The notes under the pieces: model-generated
The model's input: only the letters and a program-made list of their open reading frames with translations
Told to the model about the DNA's origin: nothing
Database searches by the model: none
NCBI GenBank assembly: GCA_002269645.1
Contig: NIVC01000575.1
Location: 310,001 to 374,000 of the forward strand
Length of the DNA: 64,000 nucleotides
Direction of reading: 5' to 3'
DNA from: Macrostomum lignano
Taxonomy: Eukaryota
Position numbers and translations under genes: made by a program
Shown here: positions 12,882-24,700 of the stretch, in pieces
Numbering within the stretch: the first letter of the stretch is position 1
Layout: every line of letters starts with the position of its first letter

Positions 12882-13196
12882 GCTCTGGTACATGCTGGGT
12901 TCATCAAAGCAATCGAATTAGGGAAAGGAGCTCATGAGTAGTGCCAAGTAGTCAATCTATTTTACTCCTTTTCCGGGTCTCTTTTCTCCTTTGAGCAGTC
13001 TGCCACATGCCTGAACAGCTCTGTAGCGACTTTGCTACAGCTGAGACATATTTTGCTTTTGGTCCTGAACAACTGTGTACTTTTACTGACCGACCTTACA
13101 TAATTGGCTTTCGTGCGCGAGGGGTAATTTCCCTGCGTTTAATTAGATGCCACGAATTTCAGACGGCAAGTGGGAGACCCAGTGAATACCTGTCAG

Positions 13197-16100
13197 ATAA
13201 ATGAAGACACAAACAGACAGACGAATGAAGCCACTGACGGATGAATGAAGCCACAGACAGATGAATGAAGCCACAGAAAGATGATGAATGAAGCCACAGA
13301 AAGATGAATGAAGCCACTGACAGATGAATGAAGCCACAGACAGGTGAGTGAAGCCACAGACAGATGAATGAAGCCACTGACGGATGAATGAAGCCACTGA
13401 CGGATGAATGAAGCCACTGACAGATGAATGAAGCCACTGACGGATGAATGAAGCCACTGACAGATGAATGAAGCCACTGACGGATGAATAAAGCCACAGA
13501 CAGATGAATGAAGCCACAGACAGATGAATGAAGCCACTGACGGATGAATGAAGCCACAGACAGATAAATGAAGCCACAGACAGATGAATGAAGCCACAGA
13601 CAGATGAATGAAGCCACAGACAGATAAATAAAGCCACAGACAGATGAATGAAGCCACAGACAGATAAATGAAGCCACTGACAGATGAATGAAGCCACAGA
13701 AAGATGAATGAAGCCACTGACGGATGAATGAAGCCACAGGCAGATGAATGAAGCCACTGACGGATGAATGAAGCCACTGACGGATGAATGAAGCCACTGA
13801 CGGATGAATGAAGCCACAGGCAGATGAATGAAGCCACAGAAAGATGAATGAAGCCACAGACAGATAATTGAAGCCACAGACAGACAGATGAATAAAGCCG
13901 CAGACAGATAACTGAAGCCACAGACAGACAGATGAATGAAGCCACTGACGGATGAATGAAGCCACAGGCAGATGAATGAAGCCACAGAAAGATGAATGAA
14001 GCCACAGACAGATGAATAAAGCCGCAGACAGATAACTGAAGCCACAGACAGGCAGATGAATGAAGCCACAGAAAGATGAATGAAGCCACTGACGGATGAA
14101 TGAAGCCACAGGCAGATGAATGAAGCCACTGACGGATGAATGAAGCCACAGGCAGATGAATGAAGCCACAGAAAGATGAATGAAGCCACTGACAGATGAA
14201 TGAAGCCACTGACGGATGAATGAAGCCACTGACAGATGAATGAAGCCACTGACAGATGAATGAAGCCACAGGCAGATGAATGAAGCCACTGACGGATGAA
14301 TGAAGCCACTGACGGATGAATGAAGCCACTGACGGATGAATGAAGCCTCAGGCAGATGAATGAAGCCACAGAAAGATGAATGAAGCCACTGACGGATGAA
14401 TGAAGCCACAGGCAGATGAATGAAGCCACTGACAGATGAATGAAGCCACAGAAAGATGAATGAAGCCACTGACAGATGAATGAAGCCACTGACGGATGAA
14501 TGAAGCCACTGACAGATGAATGAAGCCACTGACAGATGAATGAAGCCACAGGCAGATGAATGAAGCCACTGACGGATGAATGAAGCCACTGACGGATGAA
14601 TGAAGCCACTGACGGATGAATGAAGCCACAGGCAGATGAATGAAGCCACAGAAAGATGAATGAAGCCACTGACGGATGAATGAAGCCACTGACGGATGAA
14701 TGAAGCCACTGACAGATGAATGAAGCCACTGACAGATGAATGAAGCCACTGACAGATGAATGAAGCCACTGACGGATGAATGAAGCCACAGGCAGATGAA
14801 TGAAGCCACAGAAAGATGAATGAAGCCACAGAAAGATGAATGAAGCCACAGACAGATGAATGAAGCCACAGAAAGATGAATGAAGCCACAGAAAGATGAA
14901 TGAAGCCACAGACAGATGAATGAAGCCACAGAAAGATGAATGAAGCCACTGACAGATGAATGAAGCCACTGACGGATGAATGAAGCCACTGACAGATGAA
15001 TGAAGCCACTGACAGATGAATGAAGCCACTGACGGATGAATGAAGCCACAGGCAGATGAATGAAGCCACAGGCAGATGAATGAAGCCACAGAAAGATGAA
15101 TGAAGCCACAGAAAGATGAATGAAGCCACAGACAGATGAATGAAGCCACAGAAAGATGAATGAAGCCACAGAAAGATGAATGAAGCCACTGACAGATGAA
15201 TGAAGCCACTGACAGATGAATGAAGCCACAGAAAGATGAATGAAGCCACTGACAGATGAATGAAGCCACTGACGGATGAATGAAGCCACTGACAGATGAA
15301 TGAAGCCACTGACAGATGAATGAAGCCACTGACAGATGAATGAAGCCACAGAAAGATGAATGAAGCCACAGACAGATGAATGAAGCCACAGAAAGATGAA
15401 TGAAGCCACAGAAAGATGAATGAAGCCACTGACAGATGAATGAAGCCACTGACAGATGAATGAAGCCACTGACAGATGAATGAAGCCACTGACAGATGAA
15501 TGAAGCCACAGAAAGATGAATGAAGCCACAGACAGATGAATGAAGCCACAGAAAGATGAATGAAGCCACAGAAAGATGAATGAAGCCACTGACAGATGAA
15601 TGAAGCCACAGAAAGATGAATGAAGCCACTGACAGATGAATGAAGCCACTGACAGATGAATGAAGCCACTGACAGATGAATGAAGCCACTGACAGATGAA
15701 TGAAGCCACTGACGGATGAATGAAGCCACTGACAGATGAATGAAGCCACTGACGGATGAATGAAGCCACTGACGGATGAATGAAGCCACAGGCAGATGAA
15801 TGAAGCCACAGAAAGATGAATGAAGCCACAGAAAGATGAATGAAGCCACAGACAGATGAATGAAGCCACAGAAAGATGAATGAAGCCACAGAAAGATGAA
15901 TGAAGCCACAGACAGATGAATGAAGCCACAGAAAGATGAATGAAGCCACAGAAAGATGAATGAAGCCACAGAAAGATGAATGAAGCCACAGAAAGATGAA
16001 TGAAGCCACAGAAAGATGAATAAAGCCGCAGACAGATAATTGAAGCCACAGACAGACAGATGAATGAAGCCACAGACAGGTGAATGAAGCCACAGACAGG
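13197..16100. repeat. 2.9-kb 20-bp minisatellite (TGAAGCCACWGRMRGATGAA)
   Basis: Period 20, about 145 copies with five main variants; it explains the long repetitive minus-strand ORFs. Confidence 0.97.
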
Positions 16101-16675
16101 TGACTTTTTGCAATTCGGGAACACACCTACCTCAGAAGTATCTACGGTTGTATTCTTCCTCAAAGTTTCAAATTGCCTCATAATGGCTTTATTCCGTCGT
16201 AAGCGCTTGTGATGTGGGTGATTTGTGTTTAGCAAAATAGGAAAATATGGAAACAAGGTTTGCCATGTGATTTCGTATCACCCTACTTAGAAGTAATCAT
16301 GGCAGAAAAAAAATTATGCTGGTCAGTATATTCTCTGACAAATTAAAAAAGGTCAGGACAGCATAGAAAAAATTCAATCTAAAATGGAGAGTACAGTTGC
16401 AATGATTTGATTTATATTTTATAAGTTGATTGCAGAAAACAAGATTTTGATTTCAAGGTTAAGATTAAAAAAGATTGTTAAAGTTAGCTCTGCGTAGGGG
16501 TCCCAAATACCGGAGGTTCCTCAATACCGGGATAGGCTAACAGATGAAAAAAGTAAAAATATGACCGATAAATATACTCATGATTCATTTTTCTTCTGCC
16601 GCATGATTCAGAGAACTTTCCTTTATTGCAGTCATCAATCATTGTAGCAAAACAGTAACAACCAGCACAAAACTC

Positions 16676-17386
16676 TCACTCACTCACCCACTCACTCACT
16701 CACTCACTCACTCACTCACTCACTCACTCACTCATTCACTCACTCACTCACTCATTCACTCATTCACTCACTCACTCACTCATTCACTCACTCACTCACT
16801 CATTCACTCACTCACTCACTCACTCACTCACTCACTCACTCACCCACTCACTCACTCACTCACTCATTCACTCACTCACTCACTCACTCACTCACTCATT
16901 CACTCACTCACTCACTCACTCACCCACTCACTCACTCACTCACTCACTCATTCACTCACTCACTCACTCACTCACTCACTCACTCACTCACTCACTCACT
17001 CACTCACTCATTCACTCACTTACTCACTCACTCACTCACTCACTCACTCACTCACCCACTCACTCACTCACTCACTCACTCACTCACTCACTCACTCACT
17101 CACTCACTCACCCACTCACCCACTCACTCACTCACTCACTCACTCACTCACTCACTCACTCACTCACTTACTCACTCACTCACTCACCCACTCACTCACT
17201 CACTCACTCACTCACTCACTCACTCACTCACTCACTCACTCACTCACTCACTCACTCACTCACTCACTCACCCACTCACTCACTCACTCACTCACTCACT
17301 CACACACTCACTCACTCACTCACTCACTCACTCATTCACTCACTCACTCATTCACTCACTCACTCACTCATTCACTCACTCACTCA
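16676..17386. repeat. (CACT)n microsatellite
   Basis: Direct reading, with CATT/CACC variants. Confidence 0.96.
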
Positions 17387-18589
17387 TGATTGTAAGAATC
17401 AAAAGCAATACCAATACATATCTTATTTAGTAGTTATCTAAATATGCTAAATCTCTAAGTATAATACTAACAATGAAAATCAAATACAAATTGGATATGC
17501 AATTATTTCACATAAAACTATAAAAAATGAAAAAAATTGCCGTTGACAAGTTACCAATCATGCGCATCGGGATCCCGGAAGTTACAAAAAGTTCCCAAAT
17601 TGCAAAAATGTTTCTTCAAAACTAATAGTTTGATATCTAAGCTGTCCTAAATTTAGATACTCAACCAAGTCTATGACAGGGAATCTACTAGAGCCCCGGC
17701 TAACAGACAAAAAAGTGATGTCTATTTTAGTGGAAGCAAATCCGAAAAATCCGCACAGAAATGGGATTGTACTTGAGTGTAGAGGAGCTTAAAAGGCAGC
17801 CAGACAGCTACTCTACAAAAACGTATCCTTCCGGACCTTCCTCCACCGCAGCAGCAATGGCAGCCGCCGAGAGTCGAGCTCCGACAGTGTACTGTCTCTC
17901 CGATTTTGCTCGTTCCGATACAATGTTAAATTCTGAAAAAAGCAATTGTTTTTAGTTCAAATTTGATTTGTTTGACCCATTGATACTAGAAACATAATAT
18001 AGCATTGTCGGTAGAGTTTACGGTAGTTTATTTTCAAGTGAGACTAAAGCATTCCTGCATGGTTAAACTCATTGTTGCACTATTTGGTCAAACGACAATG
18101 CTTTTCCACTTGCTGGTTGCCCTCTATATGCTCGTATGTGTATTCTTATTATTAGAGAAAAAATACTTTCATACGTCGTAAAATGCATTCCATCAAATAT
18201 ACAGATGAAATGTGCGTGACACCCTTGGAATGTAGCCAACCCCACAGAACTTTGAATCATTTCCAATAGGTGCTTATTGTAACAGGATATAAATGTGTAA
18301 AAGCGTGCATTAAACTTAAAAAGCATGCATGCTTAAATGGCTCATGATCGTATATTGGCTAGTCATATAAAATACGATTGCTCATTTTATCGTTAAAAAT
18401 TGTACTATTCTGAGCCGGGAATGTGTTATCTATGGTAATTTTGACAAAAACTAGGATATGTATGAGATATTCTATGGGTTTGAGGTCGGTATGTGATTAA
18501 ATCCCGAGAGCCGAAGCCGATGTATTCAGATAAATCCCGGAGCCATACTTGTATGTCTATGGTTGAAGTTGGGGATGGGGGTGTGCGGG

Positions 18590-19091
18590 CGAAGCCCCTG
18601 CTGGGGATGTGGGGGCGAAGCCCCTGCTGGGGATGTGGGGGCAAAGCCCCTGCTGGGGATGTGGGGGCAAAGCCCCTGCTGGGGATGTGGGGGCAAAGCC
18701 CCTGCTGGGGATGTGGGGGCAAAGCCCCTGCTGGGGATGTGGGGGCAAAGCCCCTGCTGGGGATGTGGGGCAAAGCCCCTGCTGGGGATGTGGGGGCAAA
18801 GCCCCTGCTGGGGATGTGGGGGCAAAGCCCCTGCTGGGGATGTGGGGCAAAGCCCCTGCTGGGGATGTGGGGGCAAAGCCCCTGCTGGGGATGTGGGGGC
18901 AAAGCCCCTGCTGGGGATGTGGGGGCAAAGCCCCTGCTGGGGATGTGGGGGCAAAGCCCCTGCTGGGGATGTGGGGGCAAAGCCCCTGCTGGGGATGTGG
19001 GGGCAAAGCCCCTGCTGGGGATGTGGGGGCAAAGCCCCTGCTGGGGATGTGGGGGCAAAGCCCCTGCTGGGGATGTGGGGGCAAAGCCCCC
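18590..19091. repeat. 26-bp GC-rich minisatellite (GTGGGGGCAAAGCCCCTGCTGGGGAT)
   Basis: Period 26 (some 25), about 19 copies; each unit has a GGGGC-AAA-GCCCC hairpin. Confidence 0.95.
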
Positions 19092-19100
19092 ACATTCTTA

Positions 19101-19362
19101 CCATAGACAAAATTTCATTAAGAAATTTCTTGAGTCACGAAGGAAGAGAAGCGAGAAGCTCGCTTATTTAGATACATACAAAAATCCTTGCAAAATGTCC
19201 GGGAAAGTGATCGATTAAATCCCGCAAAATAAAATCTATGTCAATAAACCTCCCTGAAAGTGAGCTTTAAAGTGGTTTAATGTATCATATAATCCTCCTC
19301 GAAATCAGGAGCAATCGAAGTTCATATATGATAAACGCTGTTTGATTCATCATAGTCTATGG
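19101..19362. mobile_element. Possible 262-bp MITE
   Basis: 8-bp inverted ends CCATAGAC/GTCTATGG flanked by TTA on both sides; short enough to be chance. Confidence 0.3.
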
Positions 19363-19479
19363 TTAGAATGTCCTTCGGAATGTGAATTAAACGGCGTTTA
19401 TTATTTGCTTAATGCACTAGAAATATATATCCTGATTGCAATATCGCTTTTGACAATCCAAATGGGAATTTGGACAACC

Positions 19480-20480
19480 AAAACGGGACGCCATAGACAT
19501 TCAATTCAAGCCAGGCCACAGGCTCGGACAGCTTGGGAATACGCAACCATAGCATGTGGAATTGACAATCAAAACGGGACGCCATAGACATTCAATTCAA
19601 GCCAGGCCACAGACTCGGGCTGCTTGGGAATACGCAACCATAGCATGTGGAATTGACAATCAAAACGGGACGCCATAGACATTCAATTCAAGCCAGGCCA
19701 CAGGCTCGGGCTGCTTGGGAATACACAACCATATCATGTGGAATTGACAATCAAAACGGGACGCCATAGACATTCAATTCAAGCCAGGCCACAGGCTCGG
19801 GCTGCTTGGGAATACGCAACCATAGCATGTGGAATTGACAATCAAAACGGGACGCCATAGACATTCAATTCAAGCCAGGCCACAGACTCGGGCTGCTTGG
19901 GAATACGCAACCATAGCATGTGGAATTGACAATCAAAACGGGACGCCATAGACATTCAATTCAAGCCAGGCCACAGGCTCGGGCTGCTTGGGAATACACA
20001 ACCATATCATGTGGAATTGACAATCAAAACGGGACGCCATAGACATTCAATTCAAGCCAGGCCACAGGCTCGGGCTGCTTGGGAATACGCAACCATAGCA
20101 TGTGGAATTGACAATCAAAACGGGACGCCATAGACATTCAATTCAAGCCAGGCCACAGACTCGGGCTGCTTGGGAATACGCAACCATAGCATGTGGAATT
20201 GACAATCAAAACGGGACGCCATAGACATTCAATTCAAGCCAGGCCACAGACTCGGGCTGCTTGGGAATACACAACCATATCATGTGGAATTGACAATCAA
20301 AACGGGACGCCATAGACATTCAATTCAAGCCAGGCCACAGACTCGGGCTGCTTGGGAATACACAACCATATCATGTGGAATTGACAATCAAAACGGGACG
20401 CCATAGACATTCAATTCAAGCCAGGCCACAGACTCGGGCTGCTTGGGAATACACAACCATAGCATGTGGAATTGACAATC
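19480..20480. repeat. 91-bp tandem repeat, 11 copies, derived from the inverted-repeat arm
   Basis: Unit starts at 19480, 19571, 19662 and so on; half of the unit is present once, inverted, in the other arm. Confidence 0.95.
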
Positions 20481-20569
20481 AAAATGGGAAAAAAGCCATT
20501 GAAAACGGGAATTCGCCTAATTTAATGTATTTTTATATCTCAGGGCCACTGGAATATTTAAAAGTGAAG

Positions 20570-20885
20570 AACAAGGTGAACATGCGGCTTCTTGGGAAAG
20601 CGCTCGGTCAGCAGTTCAGACATTTCCTTGAGCGTCAGGAAAGGATTTTCATCGAGTTTCTCAACCAAGAATTCTCTCATTTCCTGATCGGCCTTGCACA
20701 ATCCTTATTTACGACCACCGCGAGGAAGGGATTCCACTTTGCCATCAAGTCAAAAGTTGGCAGCGATTCGGAATGCCGTTTTTTTCTTGATTTACAAGAT
20801 TCTTGCAGCTTCCTGCGATGGATGACCCTTGTTCAATCGCATCAATCAGCCGCTGGCGATCTGCTACAGGAATTGGTGGCGCCAT
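20570..20885 (-). pseudogene. Tc1/mariner-type transposase N-terminal HTH relic
   Basis: Manual translation with one frameshift and 3 stops: MAPPIPVADRQRLIDAIEQGSSI/EAARIL*IKKKTAFRIAANF*LDGKVESLPRGGRK*...MREFLVEKLDENPFLTLKEMSELLTERFP. This is a paired-like HTH with a GRPR-like linker; the DDE domain is missing. Confidence 0.7.
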
Positions 20886-21721
20886 TCAATGGGGTCGCTT
20901 TCAGGCCAAAGACGAACAAACAGGGGAGAGAGGGACAGAGAGCTGTAAAATCTCAGTCCGATTCCCGTTTAATTTGAATGGCTTTTTCCCACACTGAATG
21001 TTCAAATTTATAGCCTATGGCCTAGCCTCCCTCAGTAGACTTTGCTAAACTGCTTAAGTCCATGACTAGGGTGAGATCTGTGGCCTGGCTTGAATGTCTA
21101 TGGCGTCCCGTTTTGATTGCCCAAATTCCCATTCCGATCGTCAAAAGCGATGATATTTGGTCACGAGTGCCATAGACATTTAAGCACTCAAAACCAAGTG
21201 TTGAATCCTAATATTAAATAACAATCAGCAAAAAAATTAATTTAATTTGGTTCACAAATATATCCAAAAAACTCCAAACAGATGCCTATTTGAAAGTAGT
21301 TTAATCCCGAAATAGGCGAGACGCCCATCTACGGTTTCTAGTATCTTTATGGTTTGATCTGATTAACTAAATTAATTTGATTAATCAGACCTTTCCGAAT
21401 GGTGCTTAGGTGATCATGAAACTCCACGTCTGTTTTCTTGCCATGAAGCTTATGCTTCTCCCTCAGAAAAAAGGCCATCAAAGCTTCGCCAGTTGGTATG
21501 GGTCGCAAGAACAGAAACAACTGTGGGATTCGCTCCTTGGCTAGGACCGTGTTGCAGCCTGCTCCGACGATGCGCCCGTTTCCATCAATTCTTATCCACC
21601 AGGCTAGGTGCAGTACGTCGCTACTTGTCTCCCTCTCGTCCTTGAAATTACCATTGTTAAAAAATATATATGCATTAAAATTTTCTTTTTCATAATCTTT
21701 AAAGTCAATCATTTTTAAAAC

Positions 21722-24700
21722 TTAAATGGCATCTTTTCTTACCTTGTAGAAGATAAATCGACAATTATTTTTTCGTCCCTCGACGTGCACAAATTGCTGA
21801 GAAGCGTCAATGCACCTCGGATCTTTTTTGAGAGCCAGATCTCGAATACTGACAAGTTTTTTTCGCAGCTCCCATTCTTCTTTTGCGTTTCGTGGAACCA
21901 CATGGCCGGGCTTGTCAGAAAAGATGTGAGACCAGTTTCCTTCATCATTCAAAAACTGGTCGTTTTTAGATGTTCTGGGTTGGTTGTCAGCAGAGCTGGT
22001 AGCGCCTTCATTGTCACGGCCTGAACGTCCGCCCAGCTCTGAGTCAGAGGAACTCTCCATTTCGGGAAACTTATTCCCAAGAAGTTCGTTTACAGTCCAT
22101 AAATCTAAACTGTCAAAAGTCCGCGTGGAGGCGAACTGTTTGCTATTCAGTTCGCCGAGAATCAGAAATGATACTACCTTGTGAACGGTGCTTCCCGGGG
22201 GAAACTCCATACGAAAACTGGAATGCACTGATTTGGGATTCAGTAAGACACCGCCGTATACTGTCGATCGTGTTGTTGCGTCCGAACTAGCGCTCAGCAC
22301 TGCGGGTGCCCAATCACAATCGGATATCTTCTGTTGCCTCTGATGCAAGCTACTATTTAACTTATGCAGTATCTTGCTGTTCCAGTCCCTAAATTCTCTT
22401 CTCTTCGAGTCAATCAAATCTTGAATTTGTTGCCTAACATCCGCAGCAGAGCGTGATGGCAGACTGTCAGCCAACAGGTACTGGAGCGTTCTGACATCTC
22501 GCCTACGCAAGGCACGGACAGTCTCGGTCTTATTTAAGTTTAGTTGGCTTAGCAATTGATCAGCGGCCAGATTGCAACAATCATAGTGGCTTGCACCAGG
22601 GATTGATTCAGCTCGATCCAGTGTCTCTAGAACATTTTTCGCCATCTCATAACTCTTTTCCATTCTAACAGCTCGTTCGTGATCAAGAATTTGCTCTACT
22701 TGCTCCTGGCGAACGGTCATTGCTCCGAGGCTTTGGTGCATGGCCTTAATAATCAGGCAGAGTTTCGGAATCTTTGTTAGCTCTTTTAGTCTTTCAAACT
22801 CGGGAAAGAATCTACCCAAGCTGGGAAGGGCCTCCGTCATGTCCTTTGCGAACTGATTCTCTGGAGAATCTTCATCATCAGTCTCAGCGTCCTGGTGTTC
22901 GCCACCCATTGAAGCTACCATCCTGTGCGTTTTGACTTCCAAGCGAACCTTTCCAAACACGAACTCAATCGTGTCAGGTGTTTCCTCCACTTTCATCTCC
23001 ATGTCTGTGGCTGCAATCCAGAATCTGCTGCAGCGAGATCTTTGCCCACCTCTTTCGCTTAGAGGTCTCAACAGCCAGCGCAGCTGATCTGGCAGTCCAG
23101 CGAACAGACCCCTACCGTTAAGCAATGGTCTCCGATCGAACGGTGGCTTCCTGCAGATCTCTAATCCGGAACTGAATTGCTTCATGATGTAGTCCGTGTT
23201 GAAAAGAGTGTCTAGGAGTGGAGTTCCTTTAAGCAGATCTGGTTGGCTACTCCAGTACTTTTGAAACGGGTGGAATCGAGCTTCGTGAAGATTGGCGGGC
23301 TTGTCAAGGCTAAAAGCCACACCCGGATGATCCATTAGCAGACCAGTCAGCACATCGAAATCGCTGACAAGATTCCCTTTGCTGCCCACGACAGAAATTT
23401 GAAACGTATTTTTGTTAAAAATGACCTTGTCAATGCTCAAATACGTGTTTCCGCATCCTGAAAAATCAAGTGTCTGATTTGGTACAAGCCAACCGTCCTC
23501 TGGAACGTCAAGATAGCATGGATTTATCAGGGCGGCTACGTTGTTAAAGTCCAGATTCTGCTCTCTAAGCATCTCACGTGCAGTTAAGAGCTCAAGCTGG
23601 CGTGTCTCACTTTCAGTGAATGCAGAGCTGCTGATGCTGTATTCCAAGCTCTGGTAAGCTATGATACTCTTCGGTAGTTCAAGAAAATAGGAATTTTCTG
23701 GCTGAGACAACCCACAGAGAAGCTGACCTGCGCACTTTTTGAGCACATTTGAAAATACCAGCGACTCAGACGGACGAACCAGAGGCAGCGACACAAATGG
23801 TGAGAAACGACCAGTGAAGGCTACTATCTCAAGAATCGAAATGAGCCGTTCAACATCATCTGGTCGTCCAACTTTCGTAGCCGCATCTCTCAGCAAGGCG
23901 AAAGCGTGTCTCGAAACATAGTTTAACAAAGCTGAATCGGAAAAGTTGTTGAGACAAATGCTCACTGAAGCGATCCCGATTTCAAACATGGCTTCTTTGA
24001 GCGCAAATCTCTGGTAGAGCGACTCCTCTATTTCCAGAGCGCGTAGAAGAAGAGCTACACACTCAAGAAAACAGGCGAGGACCTCAGCAAGCGTTTCGCA
24101 AGCCATGGCAAGGTCCAGCGCGCTCATTGCCGCTTGCAGTGGCGTCATTTGGCTCTTTTCGAGTCTTCTGGAGATAGCGATCTCGCTCTTCTTCAACGCT
24201 TGCACGCTGTGTCCCGGTACGTAAATACCTGGGAATAGTGGGACTTGTGCTTTGGCTGGTGTTTCCGACGAAGCAGTCTGACGACTGAACATTCCCTGGC
24301 AGTCTGACCATGGGTTATCGATTAAATGGAACAGCGCATGAACCGGAAATGTCCCACAAAGAGCTCCGAATCTAGAGACAATACGCATTACAGATGATAT
24401 CAAATCTGAGTGGTAGAAGACAGAGTATCCTTCGAGCACTGCTTTTGTGAGGTCCTTCATACCTCTGAGTTGAGCTGTTACATCACCTGAACAGCTGAGG
24501 ATCCCTGCACCTCTCAGAAATAGACCTACAATTCTTGACTCAAGTTTCGCTTTAGCAAGTGCTTCGTCAGCCAGCTTAGCTGACTTGCTAGCCTGGCGTA
24601 GCAGCAACCTGTCTCTCGGTGACTGTGAGAACGCAATGTGAATCGAGTTGTTCAGATCGGCCGAGTCAACTATCAGCTTTAGCCGGGCTTCTTCTTGTGT

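Larger units (their letters stand above)
19443..21151 (-). mobile_element. Internally deleted Tc1/IS630-like element with long inverted repeats (foldback-like)
   Basis: 19443-19520 is the reverse complement of about 21075-21151. An inner IR pair lies at about 20484-20512 and 20962-20990. A decayed transposase N-terminus lies between the arms. Exact termini and TSD are unresolved. Confidence 0.7.

Noticed and set aside
13143-16256. 1037/984/592-aa minus-strand ORFs
   Set aside because: Products of a 20-bp repeat that is stop-free in all minus frames; the flanking short segments gave no recognisable spliced protein.
18426-19218. Six overlapping Pro/Gly-rich ORFs
   Set aside because: All derive from the stop-free 26-bp repeat.
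19480-20480. 91-bp array as a CRISPR-like repeat-spacer array
   Set aside because: Units are contiguous and near-identical, with no unique spacers, leader or cas genes; the context is eukaryotic.
20375-20977. 200-aa plus-strand ORF
   Set aside because: It is the antisense shadow of the decayed minus-strand Tc1-like transposase.
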